DNA from: an uncultured Pseudomonadota bacterium
GTDB taxonomy: Bacteria > Oederibacteriota > Muellerivitia > Muellerivitales > Muellerivitaceae
Direction: 5' to 3'
Length of the DNA stretch: 64,000 bases
Assembly (NCBI GenBank): GCA_963843375.1
Contig: CAWJKT010000008.1
Location: 160,001-224,000, forward strand
In this document: piece after piece, positions 19,362 to 29,597 of the stretch
How positions within the stretch are numbered: the first letter of the stretch is position 1
Layout of the letters: every line of letters starts with the position of its first letter
The notes under the pieces: model-generated
The model's input: only the letters and a program-made list of their open reading frames with translations
What the model was told of the DNA's origin: nothing
Database searches by the model: none
Position numbers and translations under genes: made by a program

Positions 19362-20463
19362 GACTAATGTTTTTGGATTGCCCCAACATCTCCGAAAGGA
19401 TAGTAAGGGGTATTTTTTAGATTATTACTTACTGAAAGGAGGGCTTAAAAAGCGGAAGAGAGTCCGTTTAGGGTTTATTCCTTTAGTCCAGGCAAAGCTT
19501 GTTCTTGCCCAACACTTGCAGGAAATGGTGACGGGTAAGTTTCTGGTCGAGGAGAAGCCCAAGATCACTTTCAACGAGGCGGCAGATTCATTTTTAGCCT
19601 ATTCCGCCGCCCGGAAGAAAAGTTACAAGAACGACGCTCAAATAACCGAAAAGCTCAAGGCTTTTTTTAAAAACAGGCCTTTGGAAAGCCTGACGCCTGA
19701 TCATGTTGAGGCTTTCCTTAATCAACGAAAGAAAGAGGGTAATAAGCATCACAAAAAGGATTTCTTGAAAGGCTCAACACTCAATCGGGATATGGCCTGC
19801 CTAAAAACCATTATTAGACGGGCGATTTTAAATAAACAGATTGAGCGAAATCCAATCGAGGGTATTCGAAGATTCAAGGAGCATTCCCGAGATAGGACGT
19901 TGACCGAACAGGAGTGGCAGGACCTTTTGGGGTTTTGCCCACCCCATTTAAAGCCCATTGTAGAACTTGCTAAATTTAGCTGTATGAGACGGGGAGAGAT
20001 TCTTGGTTTAAAGTGGGATCAGGTTGACTTCAAGAACAAGATTATTGTTTTGGAAGCTTCTGATACCAAGACCGATGAGAAAAGGGAAATACCACTGAGT
20101 TCTTACCTGAATCGGCTTTTTAAGGGGATACCCAAAACATTGGGAAGTCCATATGTTTTTACTTATAGAGGTAAAGGCATAAAAAATATCAGGACCTCCT
20201 TTCAAAGTGTTTTGCGCAAGGCAGGAATAGAAGATTTTCATTTTCATGATTTCAGGCATTGCGCAATTACCAACTTAAGAAAGGCGGGGGTGAGTGATTC
20301 CGTCATCATGTCGATATCGGGCCATAAGACCTTTTCTGTTTTTAGGAAATATGACAAGATTGATAGGGAAGATCGACAGGATGCCTTTCGGCGTGTTGAA
20401 ATTTTGAATGACACGAATAAGACACGACAGGAGAACCTCATCCCGCAAGAAGTAGGTTTATAG
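19354..20463 (+). CDS. Tyrosine integrase
   Basis: MRRGEILGLKW, FHDFRH, SGHK and RKY catalytic motifs intact; ends 35 bp before the tRNA. Confidence 0.95.
   Translation: MSKTNVFGLPQHLRKDSKGYFLDYYLLKGGLKKRKRVRLGFIPLVQAKLVLAQHLQEMVTGKFLVEEKPKITFNEAADSFLAYSAARKKSYKNDAQITEKLKAFFKNRPLESLTPDHVEAFLNQRKKEGNKHHKKDFLKGSTLNRDMACLKTIIRRAILNKQIERNPIEGIRRFKEHSRDRTLTEQEWQDLLGFCPPHLKPIVELAKFSCMRRGEILGLKWDQVDFKNKIIVLEASDTKTDEKREIPLSSYLNRLFKGIPKTLGSPYVFTYRGKGIKNIRTSFQSVLRKAGIEDFHFHDFRHCAITNLRKAGVSDSVIMSISGHKTFSVFRKYDKIDREDRQDAFRRVEILNDTNKTRQENLIPQEVGL
20406..20425 (+). repeat. Putative integrase arm-type site (right, inside the int 3' end)
   Basis: GAATGACACGAATAAGACAC matches 11991-12010. Confidence 0.75.
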
Positions 20464-20498
20464 TCAAAAATCATTGTTTTAAAAGGAATTTTCGAGCC

Positions 20499-20575
20499 GT
20501 GCCCATAGCTCAATTGGATAGAGCTTCTGACTTCGGATCAGAAGGTTGCAGGTTCAAGTCCTGCTGGGCACACCA
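20499..20575 (+). tRNA. tRNA-Arg (anticodon TCG)
   Basis: Full cloverleaf: GTGCCCA/TGGGCAC acceptor stem, TCTGA-CTTCGGA-TCAGA anticodon arm, GCAGG-TTCAAGT-CCTGC T arm, encoded CCA. Confidence 0.97.
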
Positions 20576-20812
20576 TCTATTCATGGAAAATATGGAAAAA
20601 CAATTTTGCCGCTAAGAGAAGATAGCGCAGTACTGATTACCATATTTCCCTTATTTATAGAAAATCTGCACATGCATTCGGTTCATAGTAAGCAATAGTA
20701 AGTACCCCTGGTTTGTTGATTCCTTTATTTCCTGTGAAAACTTCTTGTAAAATCTGCGATCTTTTGGACTAATGCTGGAAAGGTTTAGCCTTTAAATTCA
20801 GGAGGTCTTATT

Positions 20813-21091
20813 GTGACGAAAAGTGAAATGCTGGTGACGCTGGCGACGGACACGGGTTTCAAAAAGAAAGAAGTCGAAACCATGCTGCAAGGCCTGAACA
20901 ATTTGATTTACAAAACTTTGAAAAAAGAGAAGGTCATCAAACTTGATGGCCTTGGCGTTTTCCAGTTGAAGGATCGCAAAGCTCGCATGGGCCGAAATCC
21001 TGCTACCGGCGAAACCATAAAGATTGCCGCCAAGAGGGTCGTCAAGTTCCGCGTGGTTAAAGCCTTGAAGGATGAGGTTCTCGGAAAATAA
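20813..21091 (+). CDS. hup: HU family DNA-binding protein
   Basis: MTKSEML...GLGVF...RKARMGRNPATGETIKI; AGGAGG RBS. Confidence 0.95.
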   Translation: MTKSEMLVTLATDTGFKKKEVETMLQGLNNLIYKTLKKEKVIKLDGLGVFQLKDRKARMGRNPATGETIKIAAKRVVKFRVVKALKDEVLGK

Positions 21092-21124
21092 TTTGGCGGT
21101 TTGGTGAACAAACCTTTCAATTGC

Positions 21125-21178
21125 AAAAAATCAGTGCCCGTCCCCCAAAGTTTCAGCGTGGGAAGACGGGCATTTTTT
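21125..21178 (+). terminator. Intrinsic terminator, probably bidirectional
   Basis: A-tract, TGCCCGTC...GACGGGCA stem, T6; lies between convergent genes. Confidence 0.7.
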
Positions 21179-21251
21179 GTGCTCATCGGCGCCCCAGTCT
21201 TAACGGATCTAGAAGGGACATAAGGACCGACACCGAAAAAACAAAAAATCC

Positions 21252-21812
21252 TTAAGGGGTAGGGGTGACCGTTGCCGTAGCAGTGCTGGTGGGGGTAAGG
21301 GATGGCGTATCGGTTGGATCTGGGGTGGGGGTGTTGGAGGGTGTGTCGGTTGGATCTGGAGTGGGGGTGTTGGAAGGCGTGTCGGTAGGGTCGGAGGTAG
21401 CGGTGTTTGAAGGCGTATCGGTTGGGTCAGGGGTGGCTGTAGGAGTTATGGAACAGGTAACGGTGGGGGTGCAATCCGGCGTAGCCGTGGAAGTTGTGGA
21501 ACAAGTCATGGAAGGCGTGCAATCAGGAGTAGCGGTGAGGGTGGGTGTGAAAGTGCTGCTGTTCGTCGAGATAGGGGTGGGTGAATTGGTGCCGGTGGCG
21601 GTCGGCGTCAGGGTGGGGCTGTTGGTCGGGGTCCCGGTCGCGGTATTCGTAATGCTGGATGTGATTGTCTGGGTAGAGGTCGGGGAATTTGTCGGGGTGG
21701 GGGCGTTGGCTGCAAAAGGGCTTGATGGTATATTTTTCGAGTTATTGCAGGCTTGAACTCCAAACAGAATAAGGCTGGCCCACAAAACCATTGAAATTAA
21801 AACGCGTTTCAT
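21252..21812 (-). CDS. Thr/Pro-rich mucin-like lipoprotein with tandem repeats
   Basis: Lipobox VQAC; ~4 copies of 12-aa (P)TPDPTDTPSNT and 2 copies of TATPDCTP..TCS. Confidence 0.8.
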   Translation of the reverse strand: MKRVLISMVLWASLILFGVQACNNSKNIPSSPFAANAPTPTNSPTSTQTITSSITNTATGTPTNSPTLTPTATGTNSPTPISTNSSTFTPTLTATPDCTPSMTCSTTSTATPDCTPTVTCSITPTATPDPTDTPSNTATSDPTDTPSNTPTPDPTDTPSNTPTPDPTDTPSLTPTSTATATVTPTP

Positions 21813-21825
21813 TTTTGGTGACTCC

Positions 21826-22701
21826 TCATAAGCCCAGGCGGCACCCGGCTAAAACCGGAATATCCTGGCCCACCACTTGGGATGAAAATATGAAATTATA
21901 TTTCCCTTCCACAAAAAAGAAGGCGCGATCCCCCAAGTCGGCCTCGAAACCGGCACCCAAAACCACGTCGAAGTCCGCTACTGGGGCCCCGGGATTACCG
22001 GATAACAGCTCGAATTCACCCCCCGCGCCCGCCAACAGGTAAGGACCGCCGAAGTGATAACGAACGGTGGGAATCAAAAACAACTCGGTATCGGAAATAG
22101 TCCCGGAGAAATTCACCCCGGAAAATGTAAAGCCTTCCATATCCAACTGAAGACTCAAGTCCTTATCAAACTCAAACCCCAAACAAGCCATACCGCCAGG
22201 ACTCAAAGTATAGGCAGTTTGCCAGCCTTGCCCAGGGATATCTATCCCACCCGCCAATCCCAGATAAAAGAAACCGGGGGTACGCTCCAGTTTGGTCTGA
22301 GCCGTCGTTGATCCACCTACCACAGTCATGGGCCCGCTCAACATGGTTGAAACCGGTGTGCCCCCCCCTATCGGAGTTGGAGTGGGGGGCGGAAGCGTCT
22401 TTAATGTTTGGAGATAAGTCTTTAAATCGGGATTATCTTGATGCAGTGACAAGCTTTTTTCGCAATCGGCCATTCCCTTTTGGTAATCCCCCAGGCTAAC
22501 GTAATCGTGGCCCAATACCTCATAGGCCTGCCAAAAGTCCGGGCTCGATTTGACCACCCCCTCAAGGATCACGACACTATCGTGATAGTTTCCATGTTCG
22601 TATAAATCCATCCCCATCGTGTAATAATCCATAGTTTGATCCGCCCAAAGGGCAGGGACACAAAACTTTAAAAACAAGAGGGTTAAAAAGAGTATTTTCA
22701 T
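21826..22701 (-). CDS. Secreted TPR plus outer-membrane beta-barrel protein
   Basis: Signal peptide, TPR helices, PPPTPTP linker, ~8 amphipathic strands ending AGCRLGL. Confidence 0.75.
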   Translation of the reverse strand: MKILFLTLLFLKFCVPALWADQTMDYYTMGMDLYEHGNYHDSVVILEGVVKSSPDFWQAYEVLGHDYVSLGDYQKGMADCEKSLSLHQDNPDLKTYLQTLKTLPPPTPTPIGGGTPVSTMLSGPMTVVGGSTTAQTKLERTPGFFYLGLAGGIDIPGQGWQTAYTLSPGGMACLGFEFDKDLSLQLDMEGFTFSGVNFSGTISDTELFLIPTVRYHFGGPYLLAGAGGEFELLSGNPGAPVADFDVVLGAGFEADLGDRAFFFVEGKYNFIFSSQVVGQDIPVLAGCRLGL

Positions 22702-22835
22702 TTATTTCTTTAATCTCACTCTTTATTTTTTCACCACGGAACCAAAACCCGGCCTGTGGAATGTATTGAGAAACCTCCCCATCAGCTTTAAAGGTTCCAA
22801 GAATGGATCTCCAAAATGGAAGGCTTCAGGCATGG

Positions 22836-23048
22836 CTATCCATGGTCACTTTTTTTGAGTTTCTGGACGACCTTTTCCAAAGGAAGGGCTTTCTCTTTTT
22901 TTCGAGGGGCTATCACCTTCAAGTCAATCAGGTCTTCTCTCAACTTTTCGTAGAGTTCGAGAATAAGCCGCACGCCTTTTTTGTGGTTCTTCTCCCCACC
23001 TTTTTCCGATTCAGGCCCTTGAATATTCATTTGGATCTCCAAGGCCAA
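22836..23048 (-). CDS. Small protein resembling type II antitoxins
   Basis: KGVRLILELYEKLREDLIDLKVI..RKKEKALPLEKV pattern. Confidence 0.45.
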   Translation of the reverse strand: MALEIQMNIQGPESEKGGEKNHKKGVRLILELYEKLREDLIDLKVIAPRKKEKALPLEKVVQKLKKSDHG

Positions 23049-23093
23049 TCATATCAAAATCCGATAATTTCAGGTTGGGTAATGCTTAACGGG

Positions 23094-23333
23094 TCATCTC
23101 AAAAACCGCCAGAGGGTGAAGGCCAAACCAATCCCTAAAAGGCCCAAAAGAATCCAAGCCGTCGAGACGATCCAGGGCCGAGGATTGGAAAGAAAACCCG
23201 GAGAGTCTTTCAATCCCGGCGTGTCCTCCGCATCCGCGTCCCAAGTCTCTGGGGCTTTCCAACCGCAGTTAGAACAAGGCGCCCAGTCGTAAGGCATTTC
23301 AGTCCCGCATTCCAAACATATTGAAAGCGCCAT
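23094..23333 (-). CDS. Zinc-ribbon membrane protein
   Basis: CLECG...CSNCG plus a C-terminal TM helix. Confidence 0.7.
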   Translation of the reverse strand: MALSICLECGTEMPYDWAPCSNCGWKAPETWDADAEDTPGLKDSPGFLSNPRPWIVSTAWILLGLLGIGLAFTLWRFLR

Positions 23334-23421
23334 TACAAAGTCCCTTAACGACCCCGAAAAAAATTTAACCCATAAAAAAAGTAACCTTCCACTTCATGGC
23401 ACGCGCCGGAAGATACAACTT

Positions 23422-23658
23422 TCATCGCAAGTCTGCACTTGTTTTGAAACCCCATTTTTCCCAAGTTTGGGCGCGGGTAAAGAAACTGCCGTCCTTGCGG
23501 AGAAAGCCGGTGTTTTCCTGGCCCAGAGAATGGATACCGTCCGCTTCGGCAGCCATCAGGGCTTCCATATGATCAAAGCCCGTATAGGTCTTTCCTGTGG
23601 AAGGATTGAGAACGGCGGGTTTAAAGTCTGATTTTTTAAAGGGTTTCAATGACTTCAT
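23422..23658 (-). CDS. Hypothetical protein
   Basis: 78-aa ORF with GKTYTG.DH...GFLRKDGSFFTR. Confidence 0.6.
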   Translation of the reverse strand: MKSLKPFKKSDFKPAVLNPSTGKTYTGFDHMEALMAAEADGIHSLGQENTGFLRKDGSFFTRAQTWEKWGFKTSADLR

Positions 23659-23876
23659 CCCATTTAGCCTTTTGCTTAATCTTGTTCACGCTAGATTCCC
23701 GTCGCGGACAACCTCAGCTCCCGTTTAAATAGACCCATGGAATGTTGTGACAGTCCTGGCTCCATTGGTGATCCCTTGAACAACTAATTGCCTCACGTTA
23801 ATAGGGGGCGCTTTCGGTTTAACACCGCAGACGTTTCCTTTTTGTGAATATTTTAATGATTTTCCAACGCAGTATT

Positions 23877-26800
23877 TTATCTAAGGATCAGCAATTTCGC
23901 GATGGAACGGCCGTGGCTGGTGGTGATAACCACATAATAAAGTCCGCTGGCCAGCGGATTTCCCCAATTGTCCTCAAGAACAACCGTGACAGGCCCATAA
24001 GCCTGGGAGGGATAGGGTTTATCCTGCACTTCCCGGAATGCTGTGGTAAATATTTGAACTTTAATTCCGGAAAAGCCCAAATAAGCCAGGGGCAGGACTT
24101 TAACCGGTCCACCACTGGAGGGGTTGGGGTAGATCATGGGCGTGGAAAGGGAAGGGGTTGTCATTGTGGGCGTAAGGGTGGCGGTCCCGAGGCCGGAGGG
24201 CGTGAAGGTCAAGCTATTCGTGGGTGTGGCCGAAGGGGTCGGCGTCACCGCCACAATGGTCACCACAGCTCCTGCCACCGGCAGATTGCCGAAGACCACC
24301 ATCTGCCCGTTTGTCCCCGCTCCTGCCGTCACGTTGAAGGTGTAACTATTCGTGGCGCCCGTCGAGAAGTTCGCCTCCACTTGGTAAGTCACCGCTCCGT
24401 TGGCCGGAATGATCGTATTGGTCAGGCTAAAGGTGGCTGTCGTCCCCGTGAAGTTGGCGGTGGAAATAACCGTTCCGCTTTCCAGAAGGGATATGGACGT
24501 GATTCCCGCAGCCGAAGGCCCTGTGGAAACACTCAGGCTTGTGATGGTCACGACACTTGCGCTCGGATTAGTCAGTTGGACCTGTTGTATCAGAACGTTG
24601 GAGGCACCCGCAACTTGGGAGGAGTTGGCCGGCGGATTTGGCCCCTGGGAAGCCTCCACCGTCACCATCGTTGGGGTCGGGGTCGTGGTTATTGTAGAAG
24701 TGGTGCTGGAAGTCTCGGTGTTTGTTAGGCTTTGAGTCGGTGTGGCCGTAACTGTGGGACTAGGGGTGAAGGTTTTTGTGGAGGTGGGGGTAGAGCTATT
24801 GGTGCCCGTGACAGTGTTTGTTGGGGTTTGAGTGGCGGTATTGGTAGCGGTGGCGGTAGAAGTATTAGGAAAGGTATTCATGGAAGTCACCGTGGGTGTG
24901 TTCGTAGCTGTAGTAACCGGAGTCTTTGTAGGTGAAGAGGTCGCGGTGGGAGTTGCCGTATTCGACGGGCTATTAGTGGGGGTTAGAGTCGCCGTATTTG
25001 TCGCGCTAGGGGTGAGCGTTGAAGTGGCGGTGTAAGTCGCCGTAGGAGAACCGCTGTTTGTCGCTGTATTGGTCGCCGTGTTCGTGGCCGTCTTAGTCGG
25101 AGTGGAGGTGGGTGTCGGCGTGAGGATGGTCCCTGTCGGAGACAATGTCGGGGTTCCGGTGATGGTGGGCGTAGCGGAGTTGGATGCCGTGGAGGTCGGA
25201 GTCAAAGTGGCTGAATTGGTGGCGGTACTTGTAGAGGTCGAACTGCCGGTGCTAGTGGCCGTCGGGGTCGCGGTTTGGGTGGCCGTGGAGGTGAGACTAT
25301 TGGTGGGCGTATGAGTCAAGGTGCTGGTGGAAGTCGCTGTGGGGGTTTGGGTCAAGGTGTTTGTCGTGCTATTCGTGGCGGTGTTGGTCATAGTGTTGAC
25401 TGGGGTATTGGTGACGGTGGCCGATGGACTGTTTGTGGATGTCGCCGTCCCCGTATGAGTTGGCGTATTCGTGAAAGTAAATGAGGGGGATGCGGTCACG
25501 GTATTAGCCACCGTACTTGTAAAGGTTTTGGTAGCGGACGCAGTTTGGGTTACCGTGATGGTCGCCGTCGGGCTGTTTGTGGCCGTAGAGGTTACGGTAT
25601 TAATCAAGGTGTTGGTAGGTGTCGCGGTCAATGTTGAAGTAGCCGTCTTGGTGGCCGTACTGGTTAAACTGCTGGTGGGGGTAGCCGTGGGGGCCGCAGT
25701 CGTCACAAAGGCCGAAGCCAGGGCCATGTAGGAACCGGTGTAATAAATGCCTGTCTCGTTTACGACCCAGGGTACGCTCTTGGCCCCGGTGGGGTCGACC
25801 CAATCCCAATCTCGGTATTCCTTTTCATAGGGGGGTTCGACCTCCCCAGCCAACATTGGCGGTTCCGACTCCCCATTATCGGCGGCGTATCCATGACCCG
25901 GTCCATCCGGAACGATGCCAGGCGGCGGGCCGTAAGTGGAAGGGCCGCTGTCACTAATTCCGAAATTATCCGTTCCCGCGTAATAAGGATAGAGCGGGTC
26001 GGTGACCGAGACTGGTTTGCCGATGAAATTGTCGAAGGAAAAGGTGTTTCCATAATTGCCGAACCATTGGTGATAGATGCGCCAAACCCCGTGGGAGGCG
26101 CCAATGGCGGCTGAGTTTGTCATGAGGGTCATGTTGATTGGATTGGTTCCGTTCATGTAATGAAGGAAGTCTTCGGCGTGGGTCATGCATTGGGCCGAGG
26201 TGTAGCTTCCCGTCGCACCCAATAGGGAGGCCCAAACCAGTTGCATGCCGTAGTTCATCTTCACCTCGTCGGCACCCCAAAAATAATCGTAACTGTGCAT
26301 TCCCGAATTATAAAAATCGTTCTGGGTGAAGAGGTCGTTGACCAAGACGCCCCAATCCGTTTTCATATCTGTGACGACTGACGCCGTGGCATTGGTGGCC
26401 TGTATATAGGTCAGGATGCCCCAGTTCTGTTGGAATAAATCCTCGTTGAGCCAAAACCCGTTCCAGGTTTGATAATTATTCACGATGGATTGGGCCGCAC
26501 TGATGATGGAGGCGGGTCCGCCAAGGGCCTCTTCCATGCGGAACATTTCGGCAGCGGCCCAAAATTGCTGATTTGTCACCGGCGCAGAGGACACGTAAGC
26601 GTTCCAGGTATTTTCTGCGGCGGCGCGGAAGGTTATCGCGGCGCTGGCCAAACCCGAAACCCCGGACATTACCCGGGCTGCGTGGGCCATAATGGCCACG
26701 AACTGAGCCTCGCCCGCCGGGTTAGGGGGATAGTAAACCCGGGTGGTTGTGTCGGTGCTGGGCGGAGAGCCTGACCCGCCCCCGGGCGCATGGACGACCG

Positions 26801-27626
26801 AAAGGACATGGTAGTCGGTCATCTGCATCTTCAGGTACCAGTTTAATTCCCACATGGCCTCGTTGAGGATATCCGGAACACCGTTGCCTGACTCGGGGAT
26901 ATTGCTGGAAAGGGACGCGAAAAGAGTTGGATTCCATTCATAGGCCGTAAGAAGATCCCAAAGAGCTTCCCCGCTGTCCCCTCCCCAACTAGCGCATGCC
27001 CCGGTGGGAGTCTGACCGATGTATTTGTTGTAGTCCCCCGCATCGTGCCAGCCACCCTCCAAATTCAGGATACCGTAGTTATTGGGAAAGGTGCATCCAG
27101 AGGCTGGCCCGCAGGTGACGTCTTGTGTATGGCATGCGTCGGCGTCGGCCCAGGCGGAGTTACCGGTGTAGGCAGCAAGTTTGGCGATCCCGCACCTTTG
27201 GTAATAGAAGGCCTTGAGGGTCGCCGTCATGGGCGCTTGGTAAACGGAATTCGAGATCGTGAAATTATAGGATTGTTCAGTCAGGGCAGATGAATAGACG
27301 TAATAGGTGCCCGGCGTGGTAAAAGCCGAAAAGTTGACCCACCAGACCGTGTCCCCGGAAATCTGGGGCGAGGTGGGATCCGTTCCCAAACTCGATACCG
27401 AAGCCGCGGGCACGGTGTAAGCCAGCACACTGGTGGCGGCGTTGTACACCCCAACGCTGGAGCCGGGGTTTTCGGTAAAAATAGCAATCTTTGTGTCTGT
27501 GGTACGGTAGCCAAAGTTGTCGATCTTGATGTGGCCGGCAATGGTTGAGGCTATCGCCGTTTGGGCCAAGAGACCCAAGGCTAGGCCCGTCAGACAGGAC
27601 AATGATTTACTCAAGCCACGTTTCAT
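23877..27626 (-). CDS. Secreted glycoside hydrolase family 9 (Ig-like + GH9) with long Thr-rich linker and C-terminal sorting-like domain
   Basis: [29 protein letters not shown] and NETGIYY; several hundred aa of T/S/P/N repeats; IYPNP...GLYYVVI...KLLILR. Confidence 0.92.
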   Translation of the reverse strand: MKRGLSKSLSCLTGLALGLLAQTAIASTIAGHIKIDNFGYRTTDTKIAIFTENPGSSVGVYNAATSVLAYTVPAASVSSLGTDPTSPQISGDTVWWVNFSAFTTPGTYYVYSSALTEQSYNFTISNSVYQAPMTATLKAFYYQRCGIAKLAAYTGNSAWADADACHTQDVTCGPASGCTFPNNYGILNLEGGWHDAGDYNKYIGQTPTGACASWGGDSGEALWDLLTAYEWNPTLFASLSSNIPESGNGVPDILNEAMWELNWYLKMQMTDYHVLSVVHAPGGGSGSPPSTDTTTRVYYPPNPAGEAQFVAIMAHAARVMSGVSGLASAAITFRAAAENTWNAYVSSAPVTNQQFWAAAEMFRMEEALGGPASIISAAQSIVNNYQTWNGFWLNEDLFQQNWGILTYIQATNATASVVTDMKTDWGVLVNDLFTQNDFYNSGMHSYDYFWGADEVKMNYGMQLVWASLLGATGSYTSAQCMTHAEDFLHYMNGTNPINMTLMTNSAAIGASHGVWRIYHQWFGNYGNTFSFDNFIGKPVSVTDPLYPYYAGTDNFGISDSGPSTYGPPPGIVPDGPGHGYAADNGESEPPMLAGEVEPPYEKEYRDWDWVDPTGAKSVPWVVNETGIYYTGSYMALASAFVTTAAPTATPTSSLTSTATKTATSTLTATPTNTLINTVTSTATNSPTATITVTQTASATKTFTSTVANTVTASPSFTFTNTPTHTGTATSTNSPSATVTNTPVNTMTNTATNSTTNTLTQTPTATSTSTLTHTPTNSLTSTATQTATPTATSTGSSTSTSTATNSATLTPTSTASNSATPTITGTPTLSPTGTILTPTPTSTPTKTATNTATNTATNSGSPTATYTATSTLTPSATNTATLTPTNSPSNTATPTATSSPTKTPVTTATNTPTVTSMNTFPNTSTATATNTATQTPTNTVTGTNSSTPTSTKTFTPSPTVTATPTQSLTNTETSSTTSTITTTPTPTMVTVEASQGPNPPANSSQVAGASNVLIQQVQLTNPSASVVTITSLSVSTGPSAAGITSISLLESGTVISTANFTGTTATFSLTNTIIPANGAVTYQVEANFSTGATNSYTFNVTAGAGTNGQMVVFGNLPVAGAVVTIVAVTPTPSATPTNSLTFTPSGLGTATLTPTMTTPSLSTPMIYPNPSSGGPVKVLPLAYLGFSGIKVQIFTTAFREVQDKPYPSQAYGPVTVVLEDNWGNPLASGLYYVVITTSHGRSIAKLLILR

Positions 27627-27968
27627 TCGTAAAACCCCAAAACGAAAAGTTTGGACGGGGTTCCAGAAAACGATTTCAACGAGGTTTCCCAGACGACCTT
27701 GTCCGACGATGTTGCCGGTTTATTCGTTAATTATTATACCCCTCTTCCCCCTGCTTCTACCAAAATCACGATTGGCGCGTTAATCCCAAGTTCCCATTTT
27801 ATCTTTTGCATTTTCGAATGAAAAAAAGGGGAGTATTACCTTTTGAGACCCAAAAAACCAGGATACCTTCCACATCCTTAGGTATCACCACAAGCTATAG
27901 AAAAGCTGTGATTTGCCCAATTTCCTGTTCCAGGTTTTCTTGAAATCCCATGAAGTATGGAGATTGCT

Positions 27969-28505
27969 TTACTCGTGGTTTGGCCGGCACGTTGTTAGTT
28001 CCAGTGGTCTGCCCTTTACTTCTTTTTCTTTCTTGTTGGGCGGTCTTTTGCCTTTTTTTTCCTTCTTGTTGGGCTTCCCTTTACCTGTAGTGATCAAACT
28101 CCGCAAACTACCGTTAATATAGGAGCCCCAAGCGTTGGAACAGATATCGAAACACTCATAGTCAGGAACCAGTCCCCGGTGAGTGAAGCGGATTTCGGTT
28201 CGAGGGTCTTTTTCGGAAACTTCAAAAATAATTTCCGTACCCTTCCACTCGTTTTTGTCTTCCGTAAAATTAAAATAGTTGTCCAAAACAAGCCAAACAA
28301 CTTTTTTCGCGGGAATAATTTTGGTTAACTTCATTTTGCAGGAATGGACGTCTTTGTAACGATAGGTAAACTCGTCACCGAGTTTTTCGGTGCCGCCCTT
28401 AATATTTTCCGACCACCATCCACGAACATTTTGGATGGCCTTGAAAGCTTCTTCGGGGGTGTTGTCGACTGTAATAGCAATAGAGAAATCTTGATCTTTC
28501 TTCAT
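27969..28505 (-). CDS. SRPBCC (AHA1/START-like) domain protein
   Basis: VRGWWSE, EWKGTEIIFE, FTHRGL and CSNAW motifs. Confidence 0.85.
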   Translation of the reverse strand: MKKDQDFSIAITVDNTPEEAFKAIQNVRGWWSENIKGGTEKLGDEFTYRYKDVHSCKMKLTKIIPAKKVVWLVLDNYFNFTEDKNEWKGTEIIFEVSEKDPRTEIRFTHRGLVPDYECFDICSNAWGSYINGSLRSLITTGKGKPNKKEKKGKRPPNKKEKEVKGRPLELTTCRPNHE

Positions 28506-28647
28506 GCGATCCCCTTTTTTTTATTAACTCGAATCAAAATCCTCTCATCCTTTTCGTCCACGATGGCTTATCACGAGTTGGCTGAATAGGCATCAAACCG
28601 GACTCCTCAATCGCAGGGGTGCCAATCCAACTTTCTATTGGCCCAAC

Positions 28648-29094
28648 TCATGTTGAAATCCGCAAGGTGGCCTCGCCCCTTTCTTGGTAGGCTTTGTGTA
28701 GTTTCTGGGCGATAGCGGGATTCTTCATGAGAAGATTGTCGAAATTATATTTCTCAAGGATAAAAAGTTCGGTGAGCATTTCGGCGACCACCGTGGCGTT
28801 TCGGGGAGCGTTGGAGATCAAGGCCATTTCTCCGAAATACTCGTCGGCTCGAAGCCCCGCCACTCTCACCCGCTGGGAACCTTTGTTCACCCAAACCGAA
28901 ACCCGACCGGAAGCAATGAGGTAAAAAGCGTCTCCCGGGTTCCCTTGCCGTATGATCTCATAACCCTTAAAAACTCTGACGGCGCGCAGGCAGGAAATCA
29001 GTTTGTCCAGTTCCTTCGGACCCATATATTGCAGAAAATAGGCCTGTTGAAGAACCCGGCGAAGATGACTGAAGATGGCGGATGTGGGAAGCAT
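28648..29094 (-). CDS. Stand-alone cyclic-nucleotide-binding domain protein (paralog of 6224-6682)
   Basis: IIRQGNPGDAFYLIASG and YFGEMALISNAPRNATV; GGAGG RBS. Confidence 0.9.
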   Translation of the reverse strand: MLPTSAIFSHLRRVLQQAYFLQYMGPKELDKLISCLRAVRVFKGYEIIRQGNPGDAFYLIASGRVSVWVNKGSQRVRVAGLRADEYFGEMALISNAPRNATVVAEMLTELFILEKYNFDNLLMKNPAIAQKLHKAYQERGEATLRIST

Positions 29095-29197
29095 AAGTAC
29101 GACCTCCAAAATTACCGAGCAGTGGGGCGCGGGAAACATTGATCACTTTAGCTGCCCCTCTTAAACCTGGTCCATTCTAATATTTAGTCTCATCCTG

Positions 29198-29545
29198 GTG
29201 AAGGATTACTACCAACGGCCCCGGCTCTATCAAACCAACTCCGAAGTGAACCGCTGTGTGAAAAAATCGAAAAGCTTATCCTATCCCAGCGGGCAGCCAC
29301 CGGGGGCACGGCACTTGCCGTCATCCTGGCCCACATGGTGCCGGAGAAAAAGGATGTAATTTTGGCAAAGGGTAAGGTGTACAGCGGAAAATCGGATTGT
29401 GGGCGGGGTCCATTACCACAGCGACGTGATGGCGGGAGAGCAAGTCGTGGTTCTGCTCGCGGCGGCGCTTTTAGGGGACAAAAGCTTCATGAAAGACTAT
29501 GAAAAGGCCAGGGTGGAATTGCGGGAGGTCTTGGGTTTGATGTGA
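29198..29545 (+). pseudogene. C-terminal remnant of class A acid phosphatase (PAP2 superfamily)
   Basis: KDYYQRPR, SYPSG, RIVGGVHY.SDV.AG motifs across frameshifts; N-terminus absent. Confidence 0.75.
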
Positions 29546-29597
29546 AGGATGAGTCCAGCCGGGGTTTTCAGGTTCACCCTTCACCTGTCATTCCCGA

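Larger units (their letters stand above)
11778..20541. mobile_element. Integrative element (degraded satellite/IME-like island) inserted in tRNA-Arg(TCG)
   Basis: Bounded by 43-bp direct repeats of the tRNA 5' half; tyrosine integrase and excisionase at the right end; AT-rich cargo. Confidence 0.92.

Noticed and set aside
23397..23415. TGGCACG as a sigma54 -24 box
   Set aside because: No TTGC at -12
24600..25700. Repetitive DNA that might be a CRISPR or other non-coding array
   Set aside because: Degenerate codon-level repeats inside the GH9 linker; no constant repeat-spacer structure seen anywhere in the window
21265..25731. Long Val/Gly-rich + strand ORFs (e.g. 21265-21756, 23844-24728)
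   Set aside because: Antisense shadows of the Thr/Pro-rich minus-strand genes
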